Of a DNA stretch of 64,000 nucleotides, positions 51,656 through 62,820 are shown piece after piece. The notes under the pieces are model-generated. The model had not been told where the DNA came from and made no database searches. It saw only the letters and a list, made by a program, of their open reading frames with translations. This DNA is from an uncultured delta proteobacterium (lineage in GTDB: Bacteria; Desulfobacterota; Binatia; UBA9968): contig CAWJZV010000011.1 in the NCBI GenBank assembly GCA_963847445.1, positions 1-64,000 of the forward strand, written 5' to 3'. Numbering within the stretch: the first letter of the stretch is position 1; every line of letters begins with the position of its first letter. Both the position numbers and the translations under genes were made by a program.

Positions 51656-54030
51656 ATGGAACCCACTGAAATCGGCAAATCCTATCGCCGGCTCGATTAC
51701 GAAACCAAGGTGACCGGACGGGCGCAGTACTTGGCGGATATGAGCGTGCCGGGGATGTTGCATGGCAAGATTTTGCGCAGCCCCTACCCGCATGCGCGGA
51801 TCACGCGCATCGACGCGACCAAGGCGGAGAAAGTTCCCGGTGTCATGGCGGTGCTGACACGCGATGACATTTTGCACGACCAAGGCATCGAGCCGTTTTA
51901 CGGGCCGGTGTTCAAGGATCAGACCATCGTCGCGACGGAGAAGGTGCGCCATGTCGGCGATCCGGTGGCGGCGGTGGCGGCATTGACCGTCGATGCCGCT
52001 GAAGCGGCGCTCAAATTAATCGAAGTCGATTATGAGGAGCTGCCGGCGGTGCTCAACATTGACGACGCGCTCAAGGCCGGCGCGATGCTGGTTCACGACT
52101 CGGTCAAGCTGCCGGCTTCCGGTTTCGCCGATCTCGCCGATTTGAAACCCATCGACGGCACTAACCTTTGCACCCACTTCCGCCTCAATCGCGGCGACAT
52201 CGACAAAGGTTTCGCCGACGCGGATCAGGTTTTCGAAGATACCTTCACGCTGCCGGCGACGCAGCATTGTTTTCTCGAGACCCACGCCTGCATCGCGTCC
52301 GTCGAGCCCGGCGGACGCATCACGGTCTGGGCGACGACGCAGAATCCGTTCGTGGTGCGCACCCAGCTGGCGAATATTTTCAAAGTTCCAGTGGCAAAGG
52401 TGCGCGTGATCGTGCCCTACCTCGGCGGCGGTTACGGCGGCAAAGTCTATCCCAAGGTCGAACCGATCACTGTGGCGTTGTCGCAGAAAGCCGGCCGGCC
52501 GGTGCGCTTGGTGCTTTCCCGCGAAGAAGTTTTTTACACCATCACCAAGCATGCGGCGGTGATCCGCATGAAGACCGGCGTGAAAAAGGATGGCACGCTG
52601 ATCGCGCGCGAGTGCGAGATCCATCTCGACACCGGCGCCTACGCCGAGATCGGCCCGCGGGTGGCGAAAAAATCCGGCTACACGGCGGCGGGACCGTATA
52701 AAATTCCCAACCTCAAGATCGATTCCTATTCGGTCTACACCAACAAGCCGCCGGCCGGCGCGTTTCGCGGCTTCGGCGTATCGCAATCGGCATGGGCGGT
52801 GGAGTCGCAGATGGACATCATCGCCGCGGCGCTCAATATGGACCCGGTGGAGCTGCGCAAGCACAACGGCTACAACGAGGGCGATAAGTTCGTCACCGAA
52901 GAGACGCTGCGCGCGGTGGGATTGAAAGAGTGTATTGATGAAGTGGCGAAGTCGATCGGGCTGGGATTCAGCAGGATAGAGATTTCAAAAGTAGGGGCGT
53001 ATTGCCATACGCCCGTGCGGTTCAAGAGCCTGCCCTGAGTCCGTCGAAGGGTTCAACCGCAGGGAACTTGCGGCGCGGCAAAGGGTTGGCGTGCATGATC
53101 AAGGCGACGATTACGCCGTCGATTTCCTGCGCGGTGGTGAAGCTGAACGAAGACGCAAGCCTATCTATATATAGCGGGACCGTGGAGATGGGGCAGGGGT
53201 CGGAGACCGTGCTGGCGCAGATCGCCGGCAAGGAGTTGGGTATTCCGATGCCGACCATTCAAGTGCTCGGCGTCGACACCGACGTGGTGCCGTATGATTT
53301 GACCACTTCGTCGAGCCGTTCGACCTTTCACATGGGCAAGGCGGTGCAGCTGGCCGCCCAGGATATCAAGCGCCAACTCAAGCAGATCGTGGTCAACGAA
53401 TACGACGTGCCGGAAGACAAAATCGATTTCGCCGACGGCAGGATTCGTCTGCCGGAAGCGCAGCTCGACTATGCCGAGGTGATGTTCAAGCGCTTTGGCA
53501 TGCAGGGTGGCACCTTGGTCGGCGAAGGGCAGGTGAAGACTTCGACCAAAGACGAGTTCGGCGAAAAGAGCACTTCGGCGTTTTGGTTTCTCGCCGCCGG
53601 CGCCGCCGAAGTGGAAGTCGACATCGACACCGGCAAATTCAAATTATTGAAATACGCCAGCGCCGTCGATGTCGGCAAGGCGCTCAATCCGCTCGGCTGC
53701 CAACAGCAGTTGGCCGGCGCGGCGATCACCGGCATGGGCCAGGCGATGTTCGAGGAGATCGCCTACGATAACGGCCAACTGATCAATCCCAATTTAGTCG
53801 ATTATGTCCTGCCTTCGCTGGGCGACATGCCTTTGGTCATAGATTCGATCGCCGTCGAAATGCCGGACCGCAACGGCCCCTTCGGCGCCAAGGGCATCGG
53901 CGAGAGCGCGCTGATCCCGGTCGCTCCCGCCATCGCCAACGCGATCTACGACGCCGTCGGTGTGCGCATCAAGGATCTGCCGATCAAGGCGGAAAAGATT
54001 TTTCTTGCGTTGGCAGACGGCAAAGCGTAG
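51656..54030 (+). CDS. Xanthine dehydrogenase-family molybdopterin large subunit (frame break at repeat insertion, ~52960-53050)
   Basis: RSPYPHA, GGGYGGK, AFRGFG, EMGQG and GAKGIGE motifs. Confidence 0.9.
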
Positions 54031-54074
54031 CAGTCGGTCGTCTTGAACATCCTTCGTGCAAAATGGAGCAGATC

Positions 54075-54531
54075 ATGAAGAAGTTGTCGCAAAACAATCA
54101 CGCTGGCTTCTGCCGTCTTTTTACTGTTGAGTATCGCGCCGTTGTCCTCCTGTCTCACCGGTTATCTGGAGGAAGACCTAAAGAAGCAACAGGAACAGAT
54201 TAAGGAGCAGAACGCGGAGATAGCCAGGCAACGGGCAGAACTCGAGGCGATGAGGCAAGGTAAGCAGATTTCAGATCAATGCAACCGCGCCTTCCGCGAC
54301 TATTTCGAAAAGGCACAGCTGTCGACAAACCGCGACGAACAGATTTCCCTGTACCGGCAAGGGTTGCAGCTTTGTCCCGACGACGATGTGGCGCATTATG
54401 AGCTTGGCCGCGCTTTAGTCGACGCCGGCCGGCGCGGTGAAGCGGAACAGGAATTCGCAGCGGCGCTCAAGATCAATCCCGGATTTGCCGAAGCGCGCCG
54501 CCAGTTGGACAGTCTGCGTGGCAACCGCTAA
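54075..54531 (+). CDS. TPR-containing lipoprotein
   Basis: LSSC lipobox, coiled coil, and AHYELG..AL.INP TPR. Confidence 0.7.
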
Positions 54532-54608
54532 TTTCTCGGCCAAATTTTCAACGGGTCATGTGTAAGCAGTTCCTCGCGCCAGACTTATCAAAGTTCGGAG
54601 GTTCGGTT

Positions 54609-55379
54609 ATGTGCACGCTAGCGGCGATGACGTTGGCGCTGATGATGGCATTCCCGGCGTATGCGCTCGATGAGAAAAAACTCGTCGATCTGACCTACGA
54701 GTTCAGCGCGGAGACCCACCATTGGCCGACGGCGAAACCCTTTCACTTCGAAAAGGTCGCAGAAGGCAGGACACCGGGCGGCTTCTGGTATTCGTCCTAT
54801 AACTACGGCGGCTCGGAGCATGTCGGTACGCATTTGGACGCGCCGTTTCATTTCGCCGAGGGCAAAAGGACCGCCGAGCAAATTCCTCTCTCGCAACTCA
54901 TTGGACCCGGAGCCGTCATCGATGTGAGCCGACAGGTCGGGAAAGATGCCGATTACAAATTGCAGGTGAGCGACATCGCCGCTTGGGAAAAAGCTCATGG
55001 GCGAATTCCCAGCGGAGCGATTTTGTTGATTCGTTCGGGTTGGGGCAAATTCTGGGGCGACCGCAAACGCTACTTCGGTACCGACACGCCGGGCGACACC
55101 GACAATCTCCATTTCCCCGGGCTGTCGAAAGAGGCAGCCGAATTCCTCGTCAAACAGCGGCGTATCAAAGCCGTCGGTATCGATACCCCGAGCATCGATC
55201 ACGGACCGTCGCAGGAATTCTCCACGCATCAGATACTTGGCGCGGCGAATCTGCCGATCTTTGAAAACGTCGCTAACCTGGACCGCCTGCCAGCGAAAAA
55301 CGCGACGATTTACGCCATTCCGATGAAGATCAAAGGCGGCAGCGGCGCGCCGCTGCGAATCTTCGCTATCCTGCCCTAA
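54609..55379 (+). CDS. Cyclase / kynurenine formamidase-like protein, secreted
   Basis: EHVGTHLDAP, RSGW, FPG, GIDTPSID and GGSGAP.R motifs. Confidence 0.88.
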   Translation: MCTLAAMTLALMMAFPAYALDEKKLVDLTYEFSAETHHWPTAKPFHFEKVAEGRTPGGFWYSSYNYGGSEHVGTHLDAPFHFAEGKRTAEQIPLSQLIGPGAVIDVSRQVGKDADYKLQVSDIAAWEKAHGRIPSGAILLIRSGWGKFWGDRKRYFGTDTPGDTDNLHFPGLSKEAAEFLVKQRRIKAVGIDTPSIDHGPSQEFSTHQILGAANLPIFENVANLDRLPAKNATIYAIPMKIKGGSGAPLRIFAILP

Positions 55380-55500
55380 TTGATCGTCCCGAATCTAGGT
55401 ACAATGTTGACCATGGTTCACATTCTGGTACTTTGATGCGCTTTTGCTTTAATAACCAAAAACCGATAAAGTTTACCGCGCTTCTGTAAGGGGGAGAAGT

Positions 55501-56901
55501 ATGATCGGGCGTAAAAAGAGCTTTGCAACTTCGATACTTGCCTATGTATTGGCACTATGGGCGGCGACTCGGCCACTGTTGCCCTAGCCGCTGAGATTCA
55601 GATGCAGATTCAGGCTGTACCGGGAGCTCAAGCGTCGCCATCGCCGACCGGAAAACTGCTGACCATTGAAGACGCGGTGCGGATCGGTTTGGAAAATCAT
55701 CCGAGGATCAAATCGGCCAATGAACGTGTCTTGTCCCAGCAGGCGATCCTCGGCCAGCAGATGGCCGCGTATTATCCGACGATTAGTTTGAGCAATCAGT
55801 ATGAAACCGGGCAAAGCACCACGATCGGCAATGAGCGCGCCAGTGAAGCTTACTCGAGCCAATTTCGCTATGACCACACGCTTTATAATTTCGGCAAACG
55901 GGAAGGCAACGTGCAAGCATCGCGGGAGACCTTGGGCGCGGTCCAACAAGACTATGCGACCACCAATCAGGACATCATTCTTGCGATAAAGCAGGCCTAT
56001 TATGTCTACTTGGGGGCCCAAGCGCTCGTCAACGTGCGCCAGGATACTGTGCGCAGCCGTGAGCTGCTGGTGCGCCAGGCGCGGGGATTTTTCGAAGTGG
56101 GAACGCGGGCCAAGATCGATGTTGCGCGCGCGGAAGCCAACCTTTACACGGCTCAGGCTGACCTCATCGCCGCCGAGAATGCGCGTCAAAATCGCCTGGG
56201 TGACGTCTGCGCAACGCCATGGGATCGCCACGCTTGCCCGAACAGCTGGTGGCCGAGGACTCTCCCGAAGTGGAGCTTTCGATGAATCTCGCCGGAGCGC
56301 GCAACATCGCCTACGACACGCGCACGGAGCTGAAAAGTCTTCGAGGCGCTACGGCGGGCTTCGGACCAGCTCATCGCCACGGCACGGCGCGGCCATCTGC
56401 CTGATGTGATCTTCGATGCCAGTTGGGGGCGCGCGCCATTCGAGCGGTGATGTGGATCAAAGAAACACCTTTCCGCTGCGCGCCAATTGGTCGGTGGGGC
56501 TAAGCCTTAACATTCCGATTTTCGACGGCTTCCGCACGACGCAAAGAGTCGAAGAGACTTTGCACAACTATTACGACGTAAAAGCCCGGGAAGAGGAGCG
56601 CCGGCAGCTGATTGCCCTGGAGGTCGAGCAGTTTTATCTTAGAGTGGTGGAGACCCAGGAGCGCATCAGAGCCAATGAGTCGGCGGCCAAGGCGTCCAAG
56701 GAGAACCTCGATCTCGCCCAAGGCCGCTACCAAGTCGGCGTCGGTTCGATCATCGAAGTGACCGATGCCGAGACCCTTTACACCGACGCGCAAACCACGT
56801 ATGTACGCAGCGTTTATGAATATAAGATTGCCGACGCGCAGCTGGCGCGCGCCATGGGCGATACCCGGGTCGCTGTATTGAAACAGAACTCGATCAAATA
56901 G
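55501..56901 (+). CDS. TolC-family outer membrane efflux protein (frameshifted)
   Basis: L..HP, YP.ISL, IPIFDG and RYQVG motifs. Confidence 0.85.
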
Positions 56902-56935
56902 GTCCAATGTCGGAAAGGGGTATATTAATAACCCT

Positions 56936-58227
56936 ATGAAACGCACTCTATGGATCCTAGCATTTCTCGTAGTGGTCGGCGGCTTCGCCGGCTTTCAACA
57001 GTATCAATCCTGGTCGCTCAATAAGAAACCTCAAGACAACGCGACGGCAAAACCCCAAGGCGGTGCCGGCCAGGGGCAAGGCCGGGGCGCCGGCGGTGGT
57101 GGTCGAGGCCCAGGCCGCGAAGCGGTGCCGGTTTTGGTCGCGACGGCGATGCAAAAATCGGTGCCGATCCAACTTCGCGCCGTCGGCAATGTCGAAGCCT
57201 ACACCACCGTTTCGATTAAGAGCCAAGTCACCGGGGTGCTTCAGAAAGCTCATTTTAAGGAAGGCCAGGACGTCAAAAACGGGCAGTTGCTTTTCACTGT
57301 CGATCCGCGCCCTCTCGAAGCGGCGCTCAAACAGGCTGAGGCGGCATTGGCGCGCGATAGCGCGCAGTTAAGGAATATGCGCGAGCAGCTAAAACGCTAC
57401 AGCGAGTTAGTTGAGAAGCAATATGTCTCGCGCGAGCAATTCGATCAAATCAAAGCCAACGCGGATGCCGCGGAAGCGGTGGTCGATGCCGACAGAGCCG
57501 TTGTCGAGAACGCCAAAGTACAGCTCAGCTACTGCTACATTTATTCACCCGTCAGTGGTCGCATCGGCAGCTTGTTGATCAATGAAGGAAACTTGATTCG
57601 GCTTAATGACGGCGCCCCGCTGGTAGTGATCAACCAAATCAATCCTATCAATGTCACGTTCGCCGTGCCCGAACAGAATTTGGCCGATCTCAAAAGGCAT
57701 ATGGCTGGCGGTAAATTAAAGGCGGAGGCGCAGATTCCAATCGGATGAAGGCCGGCCGGAACAGGGCGTATTAGCATTTATCGATAATGCTGTTGATCGG
57801 TCCACAGGCACCGTTAAGCTGAAGGCCGAGTTCACGAATCAGGAAAGACGGCTTTGGCCAGGTCAATTCGTTAACGTCGCGCTGACGTTGTCGACTCAAG
57901 GGGATGCGGTAGTCGTTCCCTCCGAAGCGGTCCAAGTCGGTCAGGAGGGCCAGTATGTTTTCGTCGTCAAAGAAGACAAGCGGGTCGAAGTTAGACCGGT
58001 GACGATTGGCAGCACCAGTGAAGGCTTAGCGATCATCGCTAAAGGCCTCGCGGTCGGTGAACAGGTCGTGCGTGAAGGCCAGTTTTTGCTTGGCCCGGAA
58101 TCGCGCGTGGACATCAAGGACCAGGGCGGCGTGGCCGAGAAAACCGGCGGCGGAGGGGAAGAAGGGTGGCGCCAACAGAGGCAAGAGAGACAAAGCTAAG
58201 GCGGAAGAAAAAAGAGGTGCATCATGA
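56936..58227 (+). CDS. RND efflux membrane fusion protein (frameshifted)
   Basis: V.G.L....F.EGQ.V..GQLLF.DP; SPVSGR; LWPGQFV. Confidence 0.88.
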
Positions 58228-61200
58228 ACATTTCGGCAATATTCATACGCCGTCCGGTAACCACCACGCTGATCATGATCGGGATTCTGATCTTCGGTAG
58301 TTTGGGTTACAAGTCGCTGCCGGTAAGCGATCTTCCGACGGTGGATTTTCCGACCATTACGGTCAACGCCACTCTGCCCGGGGCAAGCGCCGAAACCATG
58401 GCATCGGGGGTGGCAACGCCGCTCGAAAAAAACTTCTCGACCATTGCCGGCCTCGATTCCATGAGTTCGACCAGCAGTTTGGGCCGGACGCAAATAACTC
58501 TGCAGTTTAGTTTGAGCCGCAACGTCGATGCCGCGGCTCAAGACGTGCAGGCGATGATCGCCCGTTCGGCGCGCGACCTGCCGCCCAATATGCCGACTCC
58601 GCCATCTTACCGGAAGGTCAATCCGGCGAACAATTCCATTTTGCTATTGGCGTTGACCTCGCCGACACCTGCCTTTGTCGACCGTCGATGAATTTGCCCA
58701 GACGATCTTAGCGCAGCGGATCTCGATGGTGAGCGGCGTCGCCCAGGTCGATGTTATCGGCTCGCAAAAGTACGCGGTTCGGATTCAGCTGGATCCCAAT
58801 CAGCTGGCCGCCCGCCAGGTTGGCATCGACGATGTGGTCGCCGCGGTGCTGCGCGGCAACGTCGACCTGCCGGTGGGAACCTTGAATGCCCCCACCCGCG
58901 CTTACACGTTAGTTTCAGACGCGCAGCTGACCAACGCGCGCAGCCTATCAGCCGATGGTCGTCACCTATCGCAACGGCGCGGCTGTGCGCATTCAAGACG
59001 TCGGCACCGCGATCGATAGCGTAGAGAACACCAGAGTCGGCAGCTGGTTCAAAGATAAAAGCGCCGTCATCCTCGGAATACAGCGGCAACCGGGCGCCAA
59101 CGTTGTCGAAGTCGTCGATGCCGTCAAGGATATTTTGCCGGGGTTGCGTGCGCAAATTCCGCAGTCGATCAATTTGGAGGTCTTTTTCGACCGCACCCAG
59201 TCGATTCGGGAATCGGTGCACGACGTGCAATTGACCATGATCGGCACGATCTTTCTGGTCATCCTCGTCATCTTCCTGTTTCTGCGCAATGTGTCCGCCA
59301 CGATTATTCCGAGCTTGGCCCTGCCGATGTCGATCATCGGCACGTTTGCCGTAATGTATCTGCTCGATTACAGCCTGGACAACCTGTCGCTGATGGCGCT
59401 GACCCTGGCTGTTGGTTTCGTCGTCGACGACGCCATCGTCGTTCTCGAAAACATCGTCCGCCATATGGAGTTGGGAGAGTCAGCCCTACGAAGCTGCGGT
59501 CAAAGGCGCCCAGGAAATCGGCTTTACGATCGTCACGATGACGATATCGTTGGTGAGCGTTTTCATCCCGGTGCTGTTTATGAGCGGCATGCTCGGACGA
59601 ATTCTGCGGGAATTTTCCGTCACTATCTGCGTCGCGATTCTGGTTTCGGGGTTCATCTCGTTAAGTTTAACTCCCATGCTCGCCAGCCGTTACCTCCGTC
59701 CTGCGCATAATCAGAAGCATGGCTGGTTGTATCATTTCCTCGGCCGCGGTTTGGACGCGCATGAATAATGGCTATGGAAGTTCACTCGGCTGGGTGATGC
59801 GCCACCACGTCACGACTATGGTGGCCTCGCTGCTGGTATTGGTTGCGACCGGTCTATATGTTTGGCTTGGTGCCCAAGGGATTTATTCCGAGCGAAGATA
59901 CCGGTCAACTGTTGATCAACACCGAGGCGGCGCAAGGCGTTTCCTATCGAACAAATGGTCGGATACCAGCAGCAGCTGGCCGCCATCGTCGCCAAGGATC
60001 CCAATGTCGAGTCGTTTTTCTCCAGCGTCGGCGTTGGCGGTGTGGGACTCACCGGCAATACCGGCCGTATTTTTATGAAACTCAAGTCGCGCTCAGAGCG
60101 GCCGGCGGTCTGCTCCGAGAGGGCATGGGGTAAATCCTGCCAGCCACTCAATGCGGATCAGCTGATTCGAGAATTACGACCCAAGCTGGCACGTGTGCCG
60201 GGTATTCGCGTTTCATTGCAGAACCCGCCGGTGATCCGTGTCGGCGGACGACTGAGCCGCAGTCTTTACCAGTTTACCCTGCAGAGTCCGGACGCAGCGG
60301 AACTTTACCGCAACGCCGCGTTATTCGAAGAGAAGATCAAGAGCGTTGCCGGACTTTCAAGATGTCGGCAGCGATTTGCAGCTGAAGAATCCGCAGTTGC
60401 AGGTCGTGATTGACCGCGACAAGATGGCGACCATGGGGATTACGGCGCAAGGAATTTCGCCACGGCAGGTCGAAGAAGCTTTCTGGAACGCTTATGCGAC
60501 GCGGCAAGTCTCGACGATCAATACACCCAACAACCAATACCAGGTGATTTTGGAACTGGATCCGAAATTTCAAAACGACCCATCGGCGCTATCGATGCTC
60601 TATATACGCTCGACTACCGGCCAAGCCGCGACGGCGCAACCGATGGTTCCTTTAGGTTCTCTGGCGACCCTCAAGTATACTGTGGGACCGCTTACGGTTA
60701 ATCACTCCGGCCAGCTCCCTTCGGTGACCATCTCTTTTAACTTGCGCGAGGGGGTGGCGCTTAGGAGACGGCGGTGGCGACCGATCAACAAGCTTGCGCG
60801 TGACAATCTGCCGGGTACGATCAGCACCACTTTTCAAGGCACGGCTCAGGAATTTCAATCGTCCCTCAAGAGCTTATGGGTTCTCTTAGCTCTCGCGGTG
60901 TTCGTCGTTTACTTGGTCTTGGGGATTCTCTATGAGAGCTTTATCCATCCGCTAACGATACTTTCCGGTCTACCGTCCGCCGGTCTCGGCGCTTTGATCG
61001 CGCTTTATCTTTTTAGCATGGACCTGAGTATTTATGCCTTCGTCGGCTTGATCATGCTCATCGGCATCGTCAAGAAAAACGCCATCATGATGATCGACTT
61101 TGCTCTCGACGCCCAGCGCAACGACGGTAAAGCGCCGGCCCAGGCGATCTACGAAGGCGCTTTGGTGCGCTTTCGGCCGATCATGATGACCACCATGGCG

Positions 61201-61470
61201 GCGATCGTCGGTGCGGTGCCCATCGCGGTCGGTTGGGGCGCCGGCGCCGAAGCGCGCCAGCCGCTTGGCATCGCGGTGGTCGGCGGCTTGGTGATTTCGC
61301 AGATCCTCACGCTCTACATCACTCCGGTGGTCTATCTTTACATGGAGAAGTTATTGACGCTTGCAACCGGGCTGCCGGCGCGCTTGCGCGGCAAATCCGC
61401 CGCTGTGCCTGCCGCCGGCTTGACGCCGAATCTCGGCGTCGACGATCCCACCGCGCATAAAGTTTCCTAG
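58224..61470 (+). CDS. RND efflux transporter (AcrB/MdtBC-like), several frameshifts
   Basis: FIRRPV, LPV..LP.VDFP, VDDAIVV.EN, GIVKKNAI and RFRPIMMT motifs. Confidence 0.9.
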
Positions 61471-61630
61471 GCGCTCGCCGGACCAAAGGAATGAACATCA
61501 TAGGCCATCGTCTGGCAACAGACGGTGGCCTTTTAGCGTATGCTGTAGCCGTGATCCTTCGTCCAAAACCAATCATATCTCGCTGCCAGGTCGCCAACCT
61601 GCCCCCGTCGGGCTTAGCGGGCGATTACCG

Positions 61631-62766
61631 ATGAAACCGCCGAGTTGGCCGGTTATCGTTGTCGCTGGCGCTCTGGCACTGCTGGCTCTGGGTTTATTCC
61701 GCTTGGGCATGATCCCTTGGCAGCAGGTTACCGATGCCGAGGAAATTGTCGTCGCCGTCGCCGCGGTGAAGCCAGAGTCGCGGCCGGTGGTCCTACGCAT
61801 GAGCGGCGAGCTTCAGCCGAGCGCCGAAGTCGATGTGGTATCGCGGCTTGCCGGCAGGTTGACCGAGGTTAAATTTAAAACCGGCGATAGCGTGACCGCC
61901 GGTGCCGTGGTGGCGACGGTATACTCGGGCGAGCTGAGCGAGCGCGCCCGAGTGGTCGAAGCCGGGCTCACCGCGACCCGAACGCAGCTCCAGGAAAGAG
62001 AACAGCAAGTCGCGGCGGCGGAAAAACGGCTGGCCCACGACAAAGAGCTTTATCGTCAGGACTTGATCGCCCGGCGCGATGTCGAACAGTCTGAGATCCA
62101 AGCCGCCACGGCGCGGGCGGAGCTTGAGTTGGCGCGCGCCCACTTGGCACAGGAGGAAGCGATGTTGAGCCAGGCGCGCAAGCTGCAACAACTAACGCGT
62201 ATCGTCGCGCCGGTGAGTGGCGTGGTCGCCGGTGCCTTGCCGGCGGGCGTCCCAGTCAATGAGGCGCGCGCGATTCTTGCCATCGCACAAATCGATCGGT
62301 TGAAGCTGGTGGGCGCAGTGCCGGCGGGCTTTAAAGAGTTAATTCGCGACGGCATGACCGCGCAAGTTTCCCCCGGGCCCGGGAATGGGCCGGGGGGGCG
62401 CGTGCGGGGAGAGTGGTGCGCCTAGACGGCACCGCCGTCGGCGACGAGATTCAGCTGGAAATCAGCGTCGATAATCGCGATCGCGCCATGACCGTCGGCA
62501 CCGTCGTCGAAGCTGCGCTAACTCTGGCGCATCAAGAGCAAGTAATGACGATACCCCGGTCGGCGCTGCAGGCGGTGGCCGGCCAACATCATGTTTATCT
62601 AATTATCGACGGTCGTGCCGTGCGGCGCGCGGTGAAACTCGCCGATGAAAACGCAGACCCAGTGGCGATTCGCGATGGCTTGAATGCCGGCGATAGAGTG
62701 ATTGCCAATCGGCTTAGCGAAATCACCGAAGGCGCGCGCGTGCGCCCGGCGCCAACGGCGAAATGA
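61631..62766 (+). CDS. Second RND-type membrane fusion protein (frameshifted)
   Basis: RLAGRL..V....GD.V.AG; IVAPVSG; IPRSAL; GL.AGDRV. Confidence 0.8.
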
Positions 62767-62820
62767 CTGTCATGGTCGATATCGCCGGGAGTTGCGATGA
62801 GATGGATTCCTCGCGGCTGG

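Noticed and set aside
50221-54030. Aerobic CO dehydrogenase or 4-hydroxybenzoyl-CoA reductase
   Set aside because: The large subunit lacks AYxCSFR/AYRGAGR, and the FAD subunit lacks the Cys-rich HcrB insert.
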